The notes: generated by a model from the letters alone, not told the origin. DNA of 48,512 bases from Leidyana gryllorum EB-2025a (GCA_048772705.1 JBLWGC010000072.1:1-48512), one strand, 5' to 3'. Counted from the first letter of the stretch, positions 1 to 10,995 are shown. Program-made: numbers and translations.

Positions 1-182
1 TCAGCCCATCCCAGAAGAGTCGGACTAGCGCTTCCTCAACTGGACACATGCAACACGGGTCTCTCTACTAACCTCGAAGTAACTGGCTTTTGTATACAGC
101 CCCCAGCCTAAAGAGTTGGATTCGAGTCGGACAAAATCCTCAGTTCAATCATTGAAGCAGATGCGCTCTCCCCGAATGCTAC

Positions 183-264
183 CGATAGGGGTGAGATTCG
201 AACTCACGCGGGTGGAACCCAACGGCTTAGCAGGCCGCCGTCTTAACCACTCGGCCACCTTGCC
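183..264 (-). tRNA. tRNA-Ser(GCT), variant copy
   Basis: Class II cloverleaf, acceptor mismatches relative to 9244..9325. Confidence 0.7.
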
Positions 265-372
265 GACGACATGTCTTACTCGCTGGCACTTTTTCACAAC
301 GGTTTGGGGGAGGTTCTGAGATCCAAGACATCTTTCACCCCACGAGTATCGAGATGACCGAAGCCTCTCCAT

Positions 373-444
373 GGTGCGGTGGCCTACTGGATAGGCATCG
401 GTCTTCGGAACCGGGAGTTGTGGGTCCGAGGCCCATCGGCATCA
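373..444 (+). pseudogene. tRNA-Arg(TCG) degenerate
   Basis: T-loop GTCCGAG, 1-nt deletion. Confidence 0.7.
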
Positions 445-667
445 TAGCCTCTCACTCGGAAGACGGTCCGTTTCGACCGAGGCAAGCTTGCTAGCTGTAT
501 GAGAGTTGCTGCCCCGCATGTCGAGTTGAAGTGCTAGTGGTATCAGTTTCCTTCGTCTGTGGAAGTGCTCGATCCGATCCCCGAACAGTCCGTTTTTGAG
601 TAGGTTGCAGACAGCTGGAAGCAGAAATTGCCCGAGTCTCTCGGGGTGCTGCAGATCTTTCGCAATT

Positions 668-738
668 GCACTTGCGGTCTAAGGGTAAGATGCGACCCTC
701 CCAAGGTCGTAACCCGGGTTTGAGTCCCGGCAGGTGCA
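668..738 (+). pseudogene. tRNA-Gly(TCC) body with CCC anticodon
   Basis: Copy of 9730..9800 with anticodon change and T-loop TTTG. Confidence 0.7.
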
Positions 739-805
739 GCCGTATGTAGCTCGAACGACCTGTCTATCGGTGAAGAGAGGGGACGACTCAATACAATACA
801 ACGGT

Positions 806-885
806 TGACAAGAGTGGGATTCGAACCCACGCACTTTCGGACTGCGGCCTCAACACAGCGCCTTAGACCACTCGGCCATCTTGCC
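806..885 (-). tRNA. tRNA-Leu body with GAG anticodon
   Basis: Copy of Leu(AAG) 9868..9947 with A34G. Confidence 0.7.
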
Positions 886-980
886 GGCGCGCCCTTGGCT
901 CGCCACTTTACACGTTTTCTGTTCGTGAAGTCTCGAGAAGGGAGGACTTTTGGGGTTGAAGGCCGGGGTATCCACGAGCA

Positions 981-1052
981 TCCGAGATAGTATAGTGCTT
1001 AGTATTTCCACCTGTCACTCGGAAGACCCGGGTTCGATTACCGGTCTCGGAG
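981..1052 (+). tRNA. tRNA-Asp(GTC), mutated copy
   Basis: Several substitutions versus 8006..8077. Confidence 0.65.
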
Positions 1053-1105
1053 ACACTTCGTTCTTCCGCTTTAGATTTCGTGGTGCTCGTCTGACAAACG
1101 CGAGT

Positions 1106-1178
1106 TACAGCCACCGAGGATCGAACTCGGGACCTTCTGCGTGTTAAGCAGACGTCGTGACCACTAGACCATGGCTGC
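1106..1178 (-). tRNA. tRNA-Val(AAC)
   Basis: Cloverleaf, TT-AAC-AC loop. Confidence 0.88.
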
Positions 1179-1241
1179 ACGGAAGGTCCCGCAGATCAAG
1201 AGGAGTGGTGAGGTTTCACAAAGCAGTGAGAATTAGTTGTG

Positions 1242-1320
1242 AGGTCGCGCCGGGAATCGAACCCAGATCGGGAGATTCAGAGTCTCCAGTGCTAACCACT
1301 ACACCACACACCACGCAACC
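1242..1320 (-). tRNA. tRNA-Gln(CTG) with 7-nt internal duplication
   Basis: GGAGA-CT-CTG-AA-TCTCC arm. Confidence 0.65.
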
Positions 1321-1592
1321 CATTCACTCCTTCACAAAAAGAGTTGGTAGAGCGTCCGGACTAGCCCTCAACCGGACACATGCAACACGCGTATCTCTAC
1401 TAACCTCTGAGATATTGGAACTGGCTCTTGTACTTTAGTCGGCAGAGCGTGTGGTTGTAAAATACAAACTCGCAGATCCGGTCTCTGAGGTAACCTTCAC
1501 ACTGCGCTGCCAAGTCCATCTAAGGGCTACAGGGCACCCTCAAAGCTCTCAACTCTGTAGTCAAATAGCGCCAGTTGCAGCACTACAAACTT

Positions 1593-1665
1593 TGGACGAC
1601 CTGGGCATTGATCCCAGTACCTCTTGCACGCTAAGCGAGCGCTTCACCATTTGAGCTAGTCCCCC
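1593..1665 (-). tRNA. tRNA-Ala(AGC), mutated copy
   Basis: Diverged copy of 3225..3297. Confidence 0.6.
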
Positions 1666-1753
1666 GCTGTGCAGACCCCATCGCATGTAGTGGTACTTCA
1701 CATAGTATGACCACTCTCTCGAGTGTACCCAGCGGGTTGCACGACCGACAGGC

Positions 1754-1825
1754 GGCTGTTTGGTCTAGTGGTATGATCCTTCCTTAGGGTGGAAGGAGTC
1801 CTGGGTTCGATTGCCAGAACAGCCC
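1754..1825 (+). tRNA. tRNA-Pro(AGG)
   Basis: Cloverleaf, one T-stem mismatch. Confidence 0.8.
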
Positions 1826-1950
1826 TCTGGGTTGTCGGTTGACCCGATGGGATAAGCAGTTTTAGAAGTAACACAGCCACGGCGTCGACACTCAAGGCAA
1901 TTAACATCTCAAGAATTGCATTTCGGCTACCTCTTCCATGTTGCAGACTA

Positions 1951-2022
1951 AGCAGTGCAGCTCAGCGGAAGAGTGTTGGGCTCATAACCCAAAGGTCAGT
2001 CGATCGAAACGACTCACTGCTA
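1951..2022 (+). tRNA. tRNA-iMet(CAT), variant
   Basis: A1:U72, GATCGAAA T-loop. Confidence 0.75.
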
Positions 2023-2070
2023 AGTGTGCGCAAAAGGGAAACAGTCTAGAATAGATCGGCTCGTGACCAA

Positions 2071-2142
2071 AGCCTTCTGCCGGAATCGAACCGGCGACCT
2101 TTCGCTTACTAAGCGAATGCTCTGCCCCTAAGCTAAGAAGGC
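2071..2142 (-). tRNA. tRNA-Thr(AGT)
   Basis: Intact cloverleaf. Confidence 0.88.
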
Positions 2143-2217
2143 AGTACAGGCGAAGATCACGAATCAGTCACTATTGACGGAGATTACTGGAGCACTTTGC
2201 TCGAGTAGTTCAATGAC

Positions 2218-2290
2218 TTCCACTGCGGAGACTTGAATCCGGATCGTGCGGGTGAGAGCCGCATATCTTAGCCACTTAGACGACAGTGGA
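2218..2290 (-). tRNA. tRNA-Glu(CTC), mutated copy
   Basis: Several substitutions. Confidence 0.6.
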
Positions 2291-2371
2291 CAAGCTCCCG
2301 AGCTGAGGCTTCGGACGAGAGTTGTACAATCTTGATATGAGGTGGAGCGTCGGGTCAACCGACAAGCAACG

Positions 2372-2443
2372 GGGCTGTTCTGGGAATCGAACCCAGGACT
2401 TCTTCCACCCGAAGGAAGAATCATACCACTAGACCAAACAGCC
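2372..2443 (-). tRNA. tRNA-Pro(CGG)
   Basis: Intact cloverleaf. Confidence 0.88.
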
Positions 2444-2691
2444 GCCTCGCCGGTGGTTCAACCCGCTGGGTACAGTCGAGAGACTCGTCTCACTATGTGA
2501 AGTATCACTCACTGCCATGAGGTAGGCACAGAAGGAGGCTAGCCCAGATGATGAAACGGTGGGTTAGTATACGAAAGGTTCTGGGATCGATTCCCAGCCC
2601 ATCCGAACTACATCCCAGCACTGCCCGCCGTGCACGTAGCACCCGGCTAACTTTCGTCGATACAACTGACACATGATTCTCCAGCTAAGTT

Positions 2692-2763
2692 GCCTTCTTA
2701 GCTTAGGGGCAGAGCGTTCGCTTCGTAAGCGAGAAGGCGCCGGTTCGATTCCGGCAGAAGGCT
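2692..2763 (+). tRNA. tRNA-Thr(CGT)
   Basis: Cloverleaf, TT-CGT-AA loop. Confidence 0.85.
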
Positions 2764-3224
2764 TTGTTGCATCGATAGGCTTAAGAGGAATGGCTGTCAC
2801 CACGTACAAGATTCACAAGATTGTGTTCTGCATCTGTGGTCTAGTGGAAGAGGCCATCGAGATAACCTGTGTGCGATTCCCGACTGCAAAATGGTAGCAT
2901 GATGAGTTTGTCGGCGGTTTCGATTCCGACCGCAACTCTCGACTTCAGGATTATGAGACCTACGCGCTAGCGGCTGCGCTACACTCCCCCTCCGACTTTC
3001 TCCGAGGAATCACCCGAACCCAGAACCATGCTGCCAGGCAGGTTGGGTCAAGATACAACAAAGCGGGCTGTTTTGGGAATGGAACCCCGGACTTCTTCCA
3101 CCCGACGGAAGAATCATACCACTAGACCAAACAGCCGCCTTTCATTCGTGCAACCCGCTGAAGACAGTTTAAAAGGTGGTCATCCTATGTTGAGAACCAA
3201 CAAATGCGATGGGGTCCGCACAAC

Positions 3225-3297
3225 GGGCGACTAGCTCAAATGGTAGAGCGCTCGCTTAGCATGCGAGAGGTACTGGGATCGATGCCCAGGTCGTCCA
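3225..3297 (+). tRNA. tRNA-Ala(AGC)
   Basis: Intact, G3:U70, eukaryotic A54 T-loop. Confidence 0.9.
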
Positions 3298-3575
3298 AAG
3301 TACGTACGGCTGCACCTGCCGCTATTCATTTCCCGAGCTGAGATAATTGTGCCCTGTAACGATTGGACAGACCTGGGCATCGCAGTATGTGTGAAGGTTG
3401 CCTCAAATCCCGGATTTCCGAGTTTGTATGTTACAATGACACACTCTGCCGACTAAGATACAAGAGTCAGTTACATTATTTCAAAGGTCAGTAGAGAGAT
3501 GTGTGTTGCATGTGCCCACTTGAGGAGGGCTAGTCCGGATGGCTCTATCAACTCTTTTTTGGGAAGGACTGGATC

Positions 3576-3647
3576 GGTTACTTGGTGTAGTGGTTAGCAC
3601 TGGAGACTCTAAATCTCGCGACCTAGCTTCGATTCCCGGCGCGACCT
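3576..3647 (+). pseudogene. tRNA-Gln body with CTA anticodon, degenerate
   Basis: CT-CTA-AA loop, broken T-stem. Confidence 0.65.
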
Positions 3648-3710
3648 CGAAACTGGTCTCCACTTATTCGTGAAACCTCGCCACTTCTCTTGGTCTGCGG
3701 GACCTTCGCT

Positions 3711-3783
3711 GCAGCCATGGTCTAGTGGTCACGACGTCTGCTTAACACGCAGATAGTCCCGAGTTCGATCCTCGGTGGCTGTA
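3711..3783 (+). tRNA. tRNA-Val(AAC)
   Basis: Cloverleaf. Confidence 0.82.
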
Positions 3784-3983
3784 AGCCGCATTTTTCAGGT
3801 GAGCACCACGAAATGTCTCCGAGACCGGGAATCGTACCCGCGTCTTCCGAGTGACAGGCGGAAATACTAAGCACTATAGTATCTCGGACGCTCGTGGATA
3901 CGCTGGCCTTCAACCCCAAAAGTCCTCCGTTCTCGAGACTTCACAGACAGACAGCGTGTAAAGTGGCGAGCCAAGAACGCTCC

Positions 3984-4063
3984 GGCAAGATGGCCGAGTA
4001 GTCTAAGGCGCCGTGTTTAGGCCGCAGTCCGAAAGGGCGTGGGTTCGAATCCCACTTTTGCCA
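3984..4063 (+). tRNA. tRNA-Leu(TAG)
   Basis: Leu body with TT-TAG-GC loop, a few substitutions. Confidence 0.75.
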
Positions 4064-4099
4064 GGTTGCGCCCTAAACGGGAAAAACATAGAGTCTGTT

Positions 4100-4171
4100 T
4101 GAGCCCAGAGTGATTCGAACACCCAACCTTCTGATCTGGAGTCAGACGCGCTACCGTTGCGCCATAGGCCC
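4100..4171 (-). tRNA. tRNA-Trp(CCA)
   Basis: Intact cloverleaf. Confidence 0.9.
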
Positions 4172-4257
4172 AAAACCATCCCCCGCTCCAGACTCATTGC
4201 CTTGTGGTCACCCCCGCTCCAGACTCATTACTTTGTGGTCAGGAATGGAGGTGTGAC

Positions 4258-4328
4258 GCATCTGTGGTCTAGTGGTAGAATGTCTCGTTGCCATCGAGAC
4301 GACCCGGGTTCGATTCCCGGCAGATGCA
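4258..4328 (+). tRNA. tRNA-Gly(GCC)
   Basis: Intact cloverleaf. Confidence 0.9.
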
Positions 4329-4404
4329 GAGGACACATGGTTGTTCTTCCACCATTGCAGAGATTCATGCGTGAGTTGGTGTTTGACCCTCCAACCACAT
4401 CGCA

Positions 4405-4486
4405 CGACAACTGCTGGATTTGAACCAGCGCGGGCCAGGCCCAGTGGATTTCTAGTCTACCCCCTTAACCACTCGGGCAAGTTGCC
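4405..4486 (-). tRNA. tRNA-Ser(AGA)
   Basis: Class II cloverleaf, one anticodon-stem mismatch. Confidence 0.8.
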
Positions 4487-5081
4487 GCTGTCGCGCTTGG
4501 CATTTTGCAGCCAGTGGCTTCACATACGGTTCAGCACTGCTCCCGCCGGCACGAACCCGCGGTTCTCCCATCAGGTCTGCCGTGCGGCCATCCTCTAGTG
4601 GTCACGACGTCTGCTTCACACGCAGCAGCTCCTGACTTCAATCCTCGGTGGCTGTGGCTCGCAAGTGGGCGAGAAGCAGGGGAGACAATCTTAAGCGAAA
4701 CCATCTAAGTGTGCTCCGAGACCGGGAATCGAACCCGGGTCTTCCGCGTGACAGGCGGAAATACTGACAACTATACTATCTCGAACGCTCTGGACATGCC
4801 GGCCTCCAACCCCAAAAGTCCTTCCATTTTAAGATTCCAAGGACAGGAGACGCGTGGAACGGCGAGCCAAAAACATTCCGGCAAGACGGCCCAGTGGTCT
4901 GAGGCGCTGTGCTCCTGCCGCATTCCGAGAGGGCGTGGGTTCGAATCCCACTCTTGTCAGCCGTTGTAGTCAGGAAAACCTGCGACTTCATCCCAGCATG
5001 CCCGCACGATGCGGGCGGGACTGCCCGCTGTGCACGTTGACTTTTGTCGATACAACTGACACATGATTCTCCATCTAAGCT

Positions 5082-5153
5082 GCCTTCTTAGCTTAGAGGC
5101 AGAGCGTTCGCTTCGTAAGCGAGAAGTCGCCGGTTCGATTCCGGCAGAAGGCT
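5082..5153 (+). tRNA. tRNA-Thr(CGT)
   Basis: Cloverleaf. Confidence 0.8.
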
Positions 5154-5333
5154 TTGATGCATCGATAGGCCTATAAGGAATGGCTGTCACCACGTACAAG
5201 ATTCACAAGATCGTGTTCTGCATCTGTGGTCTAGTGGAGAGTCGGTCGCTGCCATCGAGATAACCCGTGTGGGATTCCCGACGGATGCAAAATGATAGCA
5301 TGATGAGTTTGTCGGCGGTTCCGATTCCGACCG

Positions 5334-5406
5334 TGGGAGTGGAGAGGATCGAACTCTCGACTTCAGGATTATGAGACCTACGCGCTACCGACTGCGCTAC
5401 ACTCCC
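5334..5406 (-). tRNA. tRNA-Met(CAT) elongator
   Basis: Intact cloverleaf, TTCGA T-loop. Confidence 0.88.
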
Positions 5407-5758
5407 TCGTGAAACTCCTCTCGATGCATCTCCTCCTGTCAAAAGGGTGCATGTGATGCTGTATCCACAACACACCCGCCAGATTGGGCCGTGCTCAGCA
5501 AAGCACCATGATTGGCCTCGTCCACCCGGCCGAACATTTATTTCAAAGCCTAATACTGACATGGAGTAGTGGTTTGTGGGTAACAGCCACACGCTCTGCC
5601 GACTGAGCTACAAGACCCAGCGACAATGTTTCAGAGGTCAGTATAGAGACCCTCTGCTTTCTACCCCGGGATTCTGCAACCCCTTTGTTGTAGATTCGCC
5701 AGACCACGTCTTGTCAAGAGGGTACGGCTCTCGGCTAAAGCTGCAGGTTAGGGAGTTG

Positions 5759-5831
5759 TCCACTGTAGTCTAAGTGGCTAGGATTTGCGGCTCTCACCCG
5801 CACGATCCGGGTTCAAGTCCCGGCAGTGGAA
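5759..5831 (+). tRNA. tRNA-Glu(CTC)
   Basis: Cloverleaf. Confidence 0.85.
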
Positions 5832-5891
5832 ATCCAGCAGAGTGTGCTTGTAGGCAACGGTTCCATTCCTACTCCCAGAGACATTGATTTG

Positions 5892-5964
5892 CACCGCCCG
5901 CGGGGCTCGAACCCGCGACTGCAAGATTAAAAGTCTTGCGCTCTACCGACTGAGCTAGGCCGGC
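5892..5964 (-). tRNA. tRNA-Lys(TTT)
   Basis: Cloverleaf, one acceptor mismatch. Confidence 0.8.
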
Positions 5965-6652
5965 AAGGAAGCTCTAAACTTAGTTACACCCTATTTGCCG
6001 GGGGGTAAAACAATGTGCTTCAGTAACTTCCGTCAATAGGGACTCATTCGTGATGTCCAGTCAACATTGCCTTCTTAGCTTAGGGCAGAGCATTTGCTTA
6101 GTTAGTGAAAGGTCGCCGGTTCGATTCGGCAGAAGGCTTCGCTCACGAGCCAATCTATCCTGCAACTGTTCCCTTCTGCGCACACTTAGCAGTGCGTCGT
6201 TTCGATCGACGGACCTTTGCGTTATGAGCCTAACACTCTTCCACTGAGCTACACTGCTCAGTCTGCAACATGGAAGAGGTAGCCGAAATGTGATCCTCGA
6301 GATGTTAGTTGCCCTGACTGCCCTACCGAAGCGGGCTAATGAGGTGCTCTGAAGATGACCTGAAACGCTCGAAGATGCTGAAACTCCATTCCTGACCACA
6401 ATGCAATGAGTCTGGAGCGCGGAATGATTTTGGGCCTATGGCGGAACGTAGCGTGTCTGACCCCGGCTTAGAAAATTGAGTGTTCGAATTACTCAATCAG
6501 ACCTCATGTTCTGCCCCTATGGGCGCCACCTGACAAGAGTGGAATCCGGGTCGACGCCTTTTCAACGCTGCGCCGTCTACAGCTGTCCGCTAGTGTCTGA
6601 ATCTCAGGGGAGATCCAGCATCCGGGTCGGTGCCATCTGTCGTCGCAAAAGT

Positions 6653-6726
6653 GGTCGCGTAGCTCAGTCGGTTAGAGCGTGAGCCTAATAAGCTCAAGGT
6701 CCCCGGTTCGAGCCCGGGCGTGACCA
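6653..6726 (+). tRNA. tRNA-Ile(AAT)
   Basis: Intact cloverleaf. Confidence 0.9.
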
Positions 6727-6962
6727 AGTGAGTGGATCTCTGATAAAGAGTTGCGCTGGACCCAAGGAAGCCGCAACATTCTGCGACCAATACGAAAGGA
6801 ACTTGTTACCAAGTTCGAGCTTCCTTGCCGCGCCAGCTCCGTCGGTAGAGCGCAAGACTTTCAATGGAGAGACCGCGGGTTCGGGGCAGCGCGACCGGTC
6901 CGAGTCAAGCTTGCTCAACCGTATGTGAAGCCACTGTCTGCGGGATGCCGAGTTCGACCGTT

Positions 6963-7044
6963 GGCAACTTGCCCGAGTGGTTAAGGGGGTAGACTTGAAA
7001 TCTACTGGGCCTGGCCCGCGCTGGTTCAAATCCAGCAGTTGTCG
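6963..7044 (+). tRNA. tRNA-Ser(TGA)
   Basis: Intact class II cloverleaf. Confidence 0.88.
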
Positions 7045-7108
7045 TGCGATGAGATCGGAGGGTCAAACACCAACTCACGCATAAAATTCAACCATGTGGT
7101 ATCTTCTC

Positions 7109-7179
7109 TGCATCTGCCGGGAATCGAACCCGGGTCGTCTCGATGGCAACGAGACATTCTACCACCAGACCACAGATGC
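7109..7179 (-). tRNA. tRNA-Gly(GCC)
   Basis: Cloverleaf. Confidence 0.82.
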
Positions 7180-7457
7180 GTAACACCTGTTTGTTGAAGC
7201 TCGTACACAATAACGGCCGTTTTGCTTCGAATGAGAAGACAGGGTCAAGTTGAGCGAGTATGCCTAGTCAGTACGTAACTCAGTGGTAGAGCAGTTGACT
7301 GCAGATCAGCAAGTCCGTGGTTCAACTTCCCGCGTGCCCTGAAGTTGGGCTGAAACACTAGAAGATGTTAAACCAACATTCCTGACCACAGTGGGTTGCA
7401 GAATTCTGCGGTAGAAAGAGGAGGGTCTCTAAACTCACCTCTGAAATATTGTAGCTG

Positions 7458-7530
7458 GGTCTTGTAGCTCAGTCGGCAGAACGTGTGGCTTTTAACCACA
7501 AAGTCGCAGGTTTGAAACCTGACAGGACCG
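7458..7530 (+). pseudogene. tRNA-Asn body with TTT anticodon, degenerate
   Basis: Copy of 30537..30609 with anticodon and T-loop changes. Confidence 0.65.
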
Positions 7531-7834
7531 GGTTCTGCGACACCGTACTCTCTCAGCGGCCCTTGTGCTTTTGGACCCTTCCAAGGTCGTAATTCACCCT
7601 TAGACCACAAGTGCAATTGCGTAAGTGCTGCAGCACCCCGAGAGACGCGGGCGTTTTCTGCGTTGAGCTGTCTGCAACATACTCAAAAACGGATTTTTCG
7701 GGAATCGAATCGAGCAACACTCCCACAAGCGAAGCAAAGCCACTTCAACTCGACTTGCGCGGCAGTGGCTGCCCATACAGCCAGCAAGCTTGCCTTATTG
7801 CATCCAGTGGCTGACCGAATGCCGATACAATGGC

Positions 7835-7914
7835 TGACAAGAGTGGGATTCGAACCCACGCCCTTTCGGACTGCGGCCTGAACACAGCGCCTTAGACCAC
7901 TCGGCCATCTTGCC
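7835..7914 (-). tRNA. tRNA-Leu(CAG)
   Basis: Intact class II cloverleaf. Confidence 0.9.
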
Positions 7915-8005
7915 GCACCGTTGTTGGCTCGTCGCTCCACGCTTTTTTGTCCGTGAGCCAAAATAGCAAGACTTCTGGGGTTGGAGGCCGGGGTATTCAC
8001 GAGCG

Positions 8006-8077
8006 TCCGAGATAGTATAGTGGTTAGTATTTCCGCCTGTCACGCGGAAGACCCGGGTTCGATTCCCGGTCTCGGAG
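8006..8077 (+). tRNA. tRNA-Asp(GTC)
   Basis: Intact cloverleaf. Confidence 0.9.
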
Positions 8078-8267
8078 CACAGTTGGTTCCGCTCAAAATT
8101 GTCTCCTTTGGTTCTCGCTGAAAGTTGCGAGCTACAGCCACCGAGGATCGAACTCGGGATCTTCTGCGTGTGAAGCAGACGTCTAACCACTAGACCATGG
8201 CTTCACGGCAGGTCCCGCAGACCAAAGGAAGTGGCGAGGTTTTACGAAGTAGTGAGAACCAGTTCCA

Positions 8268-8339
8268 AGGTCGCGCCGGGAATCGAACCCAGGTCGGGAG
8301 ATTCAAAGTCTCCAGTGCTAACCACTACACCACGCAACC
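8268..8339 (-). tRNA. tRNA-Gln(TTG)
   Basis: Intact cloverleaf. Confidence 0.88.
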
Positions 8340-8611
8340 GATTCAGACCTTCTCCAAGAGTTGATTGATCCATCCGGACCAGAGCTTCCCCATACATGCA
8401 AAACGGGTTTTTCTACTAACCTCCAAATATTCAACTGGCTCTTGTAGCGCAGTCGGCAAAGCGTGTGATTGTTAAATACCAAGTCGCAGGTCCGGGGTCT
8501 AAGGCATCCTGGACCATATTGCGATGCCAAAGTCTATCCAAGGGCTACAGGGCACCCTTCACAGGTCGTAACTCTGTGTCTAAATACCGGCCGGTGCCGT
8601 CGCACGAAGTT

Positions 8612-8684
8612 TGGACGACCTGGGCATCGATCTCAGTACCTCTCGCATGCTAAGCGAGCGCTCTAACATTTGAGCTAGTCGCCC
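8612..8684 (-). tRNA. tRNA-Ala(AGC), variant
   Basis: Two substitutions versus consensus. Confidence 0.7.
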
Positions 8685-8919
8685 GCTGTACAGACCGCAT
8701 CGCATTTCTTGGTTCTCGACATAGTATGACCACTCTCTCGACTGCATCCAACGGATTGCACCAGCGAGAGGCGGCTGTTTGGTCTAGTGGTATGATTCTT
8801 CCTTCGGGTGGAAGAAGTCTATGTTCGATTCCCAGAACAGCCCGCTTTGTTGCTTCTTGACCCAACCTGCCTGGCAGCATGGTTCTGGGTTCGGGTGAAT
8901 CCTCGGAGAAAGTCGGAGG

Positions 8920-8992
8920 GGGAGTGTAGCGCAGTTGGTAGCGCATAGGTCTCATAATCCTGAAGTCGAGAGCTCGATCCTCTCCACTCCCA
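8920..8992 (+). tRNA. tRNA-Met(CAT) elongator, variant
   Basis: T-loop CTCGA. Confidence 0.72.
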
Positions 8993-9050
8993 CGGTCGGA
9001 ATCGGAACCGCTGACAAACTCATCATGGTATCATTCTGAAAGTTGCCAGC

Positions 9051-9123
9051 TACAGCCACCGAGGATCGAACTCGGGACCTTCTGCGTGTTAAGCAGACGT
9101 CGTAACCACTAGACCATGGCTGC
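9051..9123 (-). tRNA. tRNA-Val(AAC)
   Basis: Intact cloverleaf. Confidence 0.9.
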
Positions 9124-9243
9124 ATGGATGATCCCCGCAGCCCAAGAGAAGTGGCGAAGCTTCAGGGAGTAGTGGGGACAAGTTCAAGGCTCAGCGTAAA
9201 GAGTTGGATTCGAGTCGGCCAAAATCCTCAGTTCAATCATTAC

Positions 9244-9325
9244 CGACAAGGGTGAGATTCGAACTCACGCGAGTAGAACCCAACGGCTTAGCAGGCCGCC
9301 GCCTTAACCACTCGGCCACCTTGCC
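9244..9325 (-). tRNA. tRNA-Ser(GCT)
   Basis: Class II cloverleaf. Confidence 0.85.
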
Positions 9326-9729
9326 GACGACATGTCTTACTCGCTGCCACTTTTTCACAACGGTTTGGGGGAGGTTCTGAGAACGAAGACTTCTTTCACC
9401 CCACGAGTATCGAGATGACCGAAGCCTCTCCATGGTGCGGTGGCCTACTGGATAGGGCATCGGTCTTCGGAACCGGAGTTGTGGGTCCGAGGCCCATCCG
9501 CATCATAGCCTCTCACTCGGAAGACGTTCCGTTTCGACCGAGGCAAGCTTGCTAGCTGTATGAGAGCCGCTGCCCCGTATGTCGAGTTGAAGTGCTAGTG
9601 GTATCAGTTTCCTTCGTCTGTGGAAGTGCTCGATTCGATCCCCGAACAGTCCGTTTTTGAGTAGGTTGCAGACAGCTAAAAGCAGAAATTGCCCGAGTCT
9701 CTCGGGGGTGCTGCAGATTTTTCGCAATT

Positions 9730-9800
9730 GCACTTGTGGTCTAAGGGTAAGATGCGACCCTTCCAAGGTCGTAACCCGGGTTCGAGTCCCGGCAGGTGCA
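9730..9800 (+). tRNA. tRNA-Gly(TCC)
   Basis: Intact cloverleaf. Confidence 0.9.
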
Positions 9801-9867
9801 GCCGTTTTTAGCTCGAACGACCTGTCTATCGGTGAAGAGAGGGGACGACTCAATACAATACAACGGT

Positions 9868-9947
9868 TGACAAGAGTGGGATTCGAACCCACGCCCTTTC
9901 GGACTGCGGCCTTAACACAGCGCCTTGGACCACTCGGCCATCTTGCC
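9868..9947 (-). tRNA. tRNA-Leu(AAG)
   Basis: Class II cloverleaf. Confidence 0.87.
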
Positions 9948-10167
9948 GGAGCGCCCTTGGCTCGCCACTTTACACGCTTTCTGTCTGTGAAGTCTCGAGA
10001 AGTGAGGACTTTTGGGGTTGAAGGTCGGAGTATGGAATGGAACAAGAGCCTCAGACGAATTACGTTGTAAGAAGTCCACTCCTCAACTCCCGGTGGGACG
10101 GCATTTACCCGCCGAATATGTACCATCTTGAGATGAGACGGAGCGTCGGGTCAACCGACAAGCAACG

Positions 10168-10239
10168 GGGCTGTTCTGGGAATCGAACCCAGGACTTCTT
10201 CCACCCGAAGGAAGAATCATACCACTAGACCAAACAGCC
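10168..10239 (-). tRNA. tRNA-Pro(CGG)
   Basis: Intact cloverleaf. Confidence 0.88.
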
Positions 10240-10810
10240 GCCGGTCGGTCGTGCAATCCGCTGAGGACAGTTGAGATAAGGGTCATACTATGTTGAGAAC
10301 CAACAAACGCGATGGGGTCTGCACAGCGGGCGACTAGCTCAAATGATATAGCACTCGCTTAGCATGCAAGAGATACTGGGATCGGTGCCTGGGTCGTCCA
10401 AACTAAATGCAACCTTGGCTACAGAGAAACGCTGTTGAACTCTTTGTTCCGGATGCCGATCCTACTAAACCTATCGCAGCGTCTGTTTTTGATCCATCTA
10501 GTATTGAGCGCATTTCAGAATCGTAAGAAGTATTGTTCATGTTTTTAGTTCAGTCCTCGTAATAACAAAAAGAAACGTAAGCACACGTGTGTGTCTGATC
10601 TGTCTCTCCGCTCAATTGATCTATGAATAATAACTATGTAAAAATATTGCTGATTTGCCTAACTGAGGCATGACTATTGGCATAAGAGAGTAGCTAGCCA
10701 CAAAAACAAAGTCAGATCCATTAGGCACGGTCCGGGCTTGACTGACCAAACGCCTGCGGCGTGGTCAAAAACTGTGAGTGTTGTTCTTTTAATCCAATCG
10801 ACAAGCTACG

Positions 10811-10883
10811 GCCTACGTGGCGCAATCGATAGCGTGTTGGATTTCTAATCCAAAGATTGAGAGTTCGAGTCTCGCGGGAGGTA
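10811..10883 (+). tRNA. tRNA-Arg(TCT), probably degenerate
   Basis: TTGGA-TT-TCT-AA-TCCAA arm; acceptor mismatches. Confidence 0.6.
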
Positions 10884-10922
10884 GCCAAATGATCAGCTAG
10901 CTGCCTTCGCCGTGGAATCTTG

Positions 10923-10995
10923 TCCACTGTAGTCTAAGTGGCTAGGATATGCGGCTTTCACCCGCACGATCCGGGTTCAAGTCCGGGCAGTGGAA
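10923..10995 (+). tRNA. tRNA-Glu(TTC)
   Basis: Cloverleaf, one T-stem mismatch. Confidence 0.78.

Noticed and set aside
3576-3647. Evidence for a reassigned stop codon (UAG = Gln)
   Set aside because: Single degenerate copy with broken stems; retrotransposon ORFs use TAA and TAG as stops and contain none internally
668-9800. RIP- or methylation-type mutation bias in degenerate copies
   Set aside because: Some C>T changes are visible but many transversions too; cannot be supported without a counted mutation spectrum
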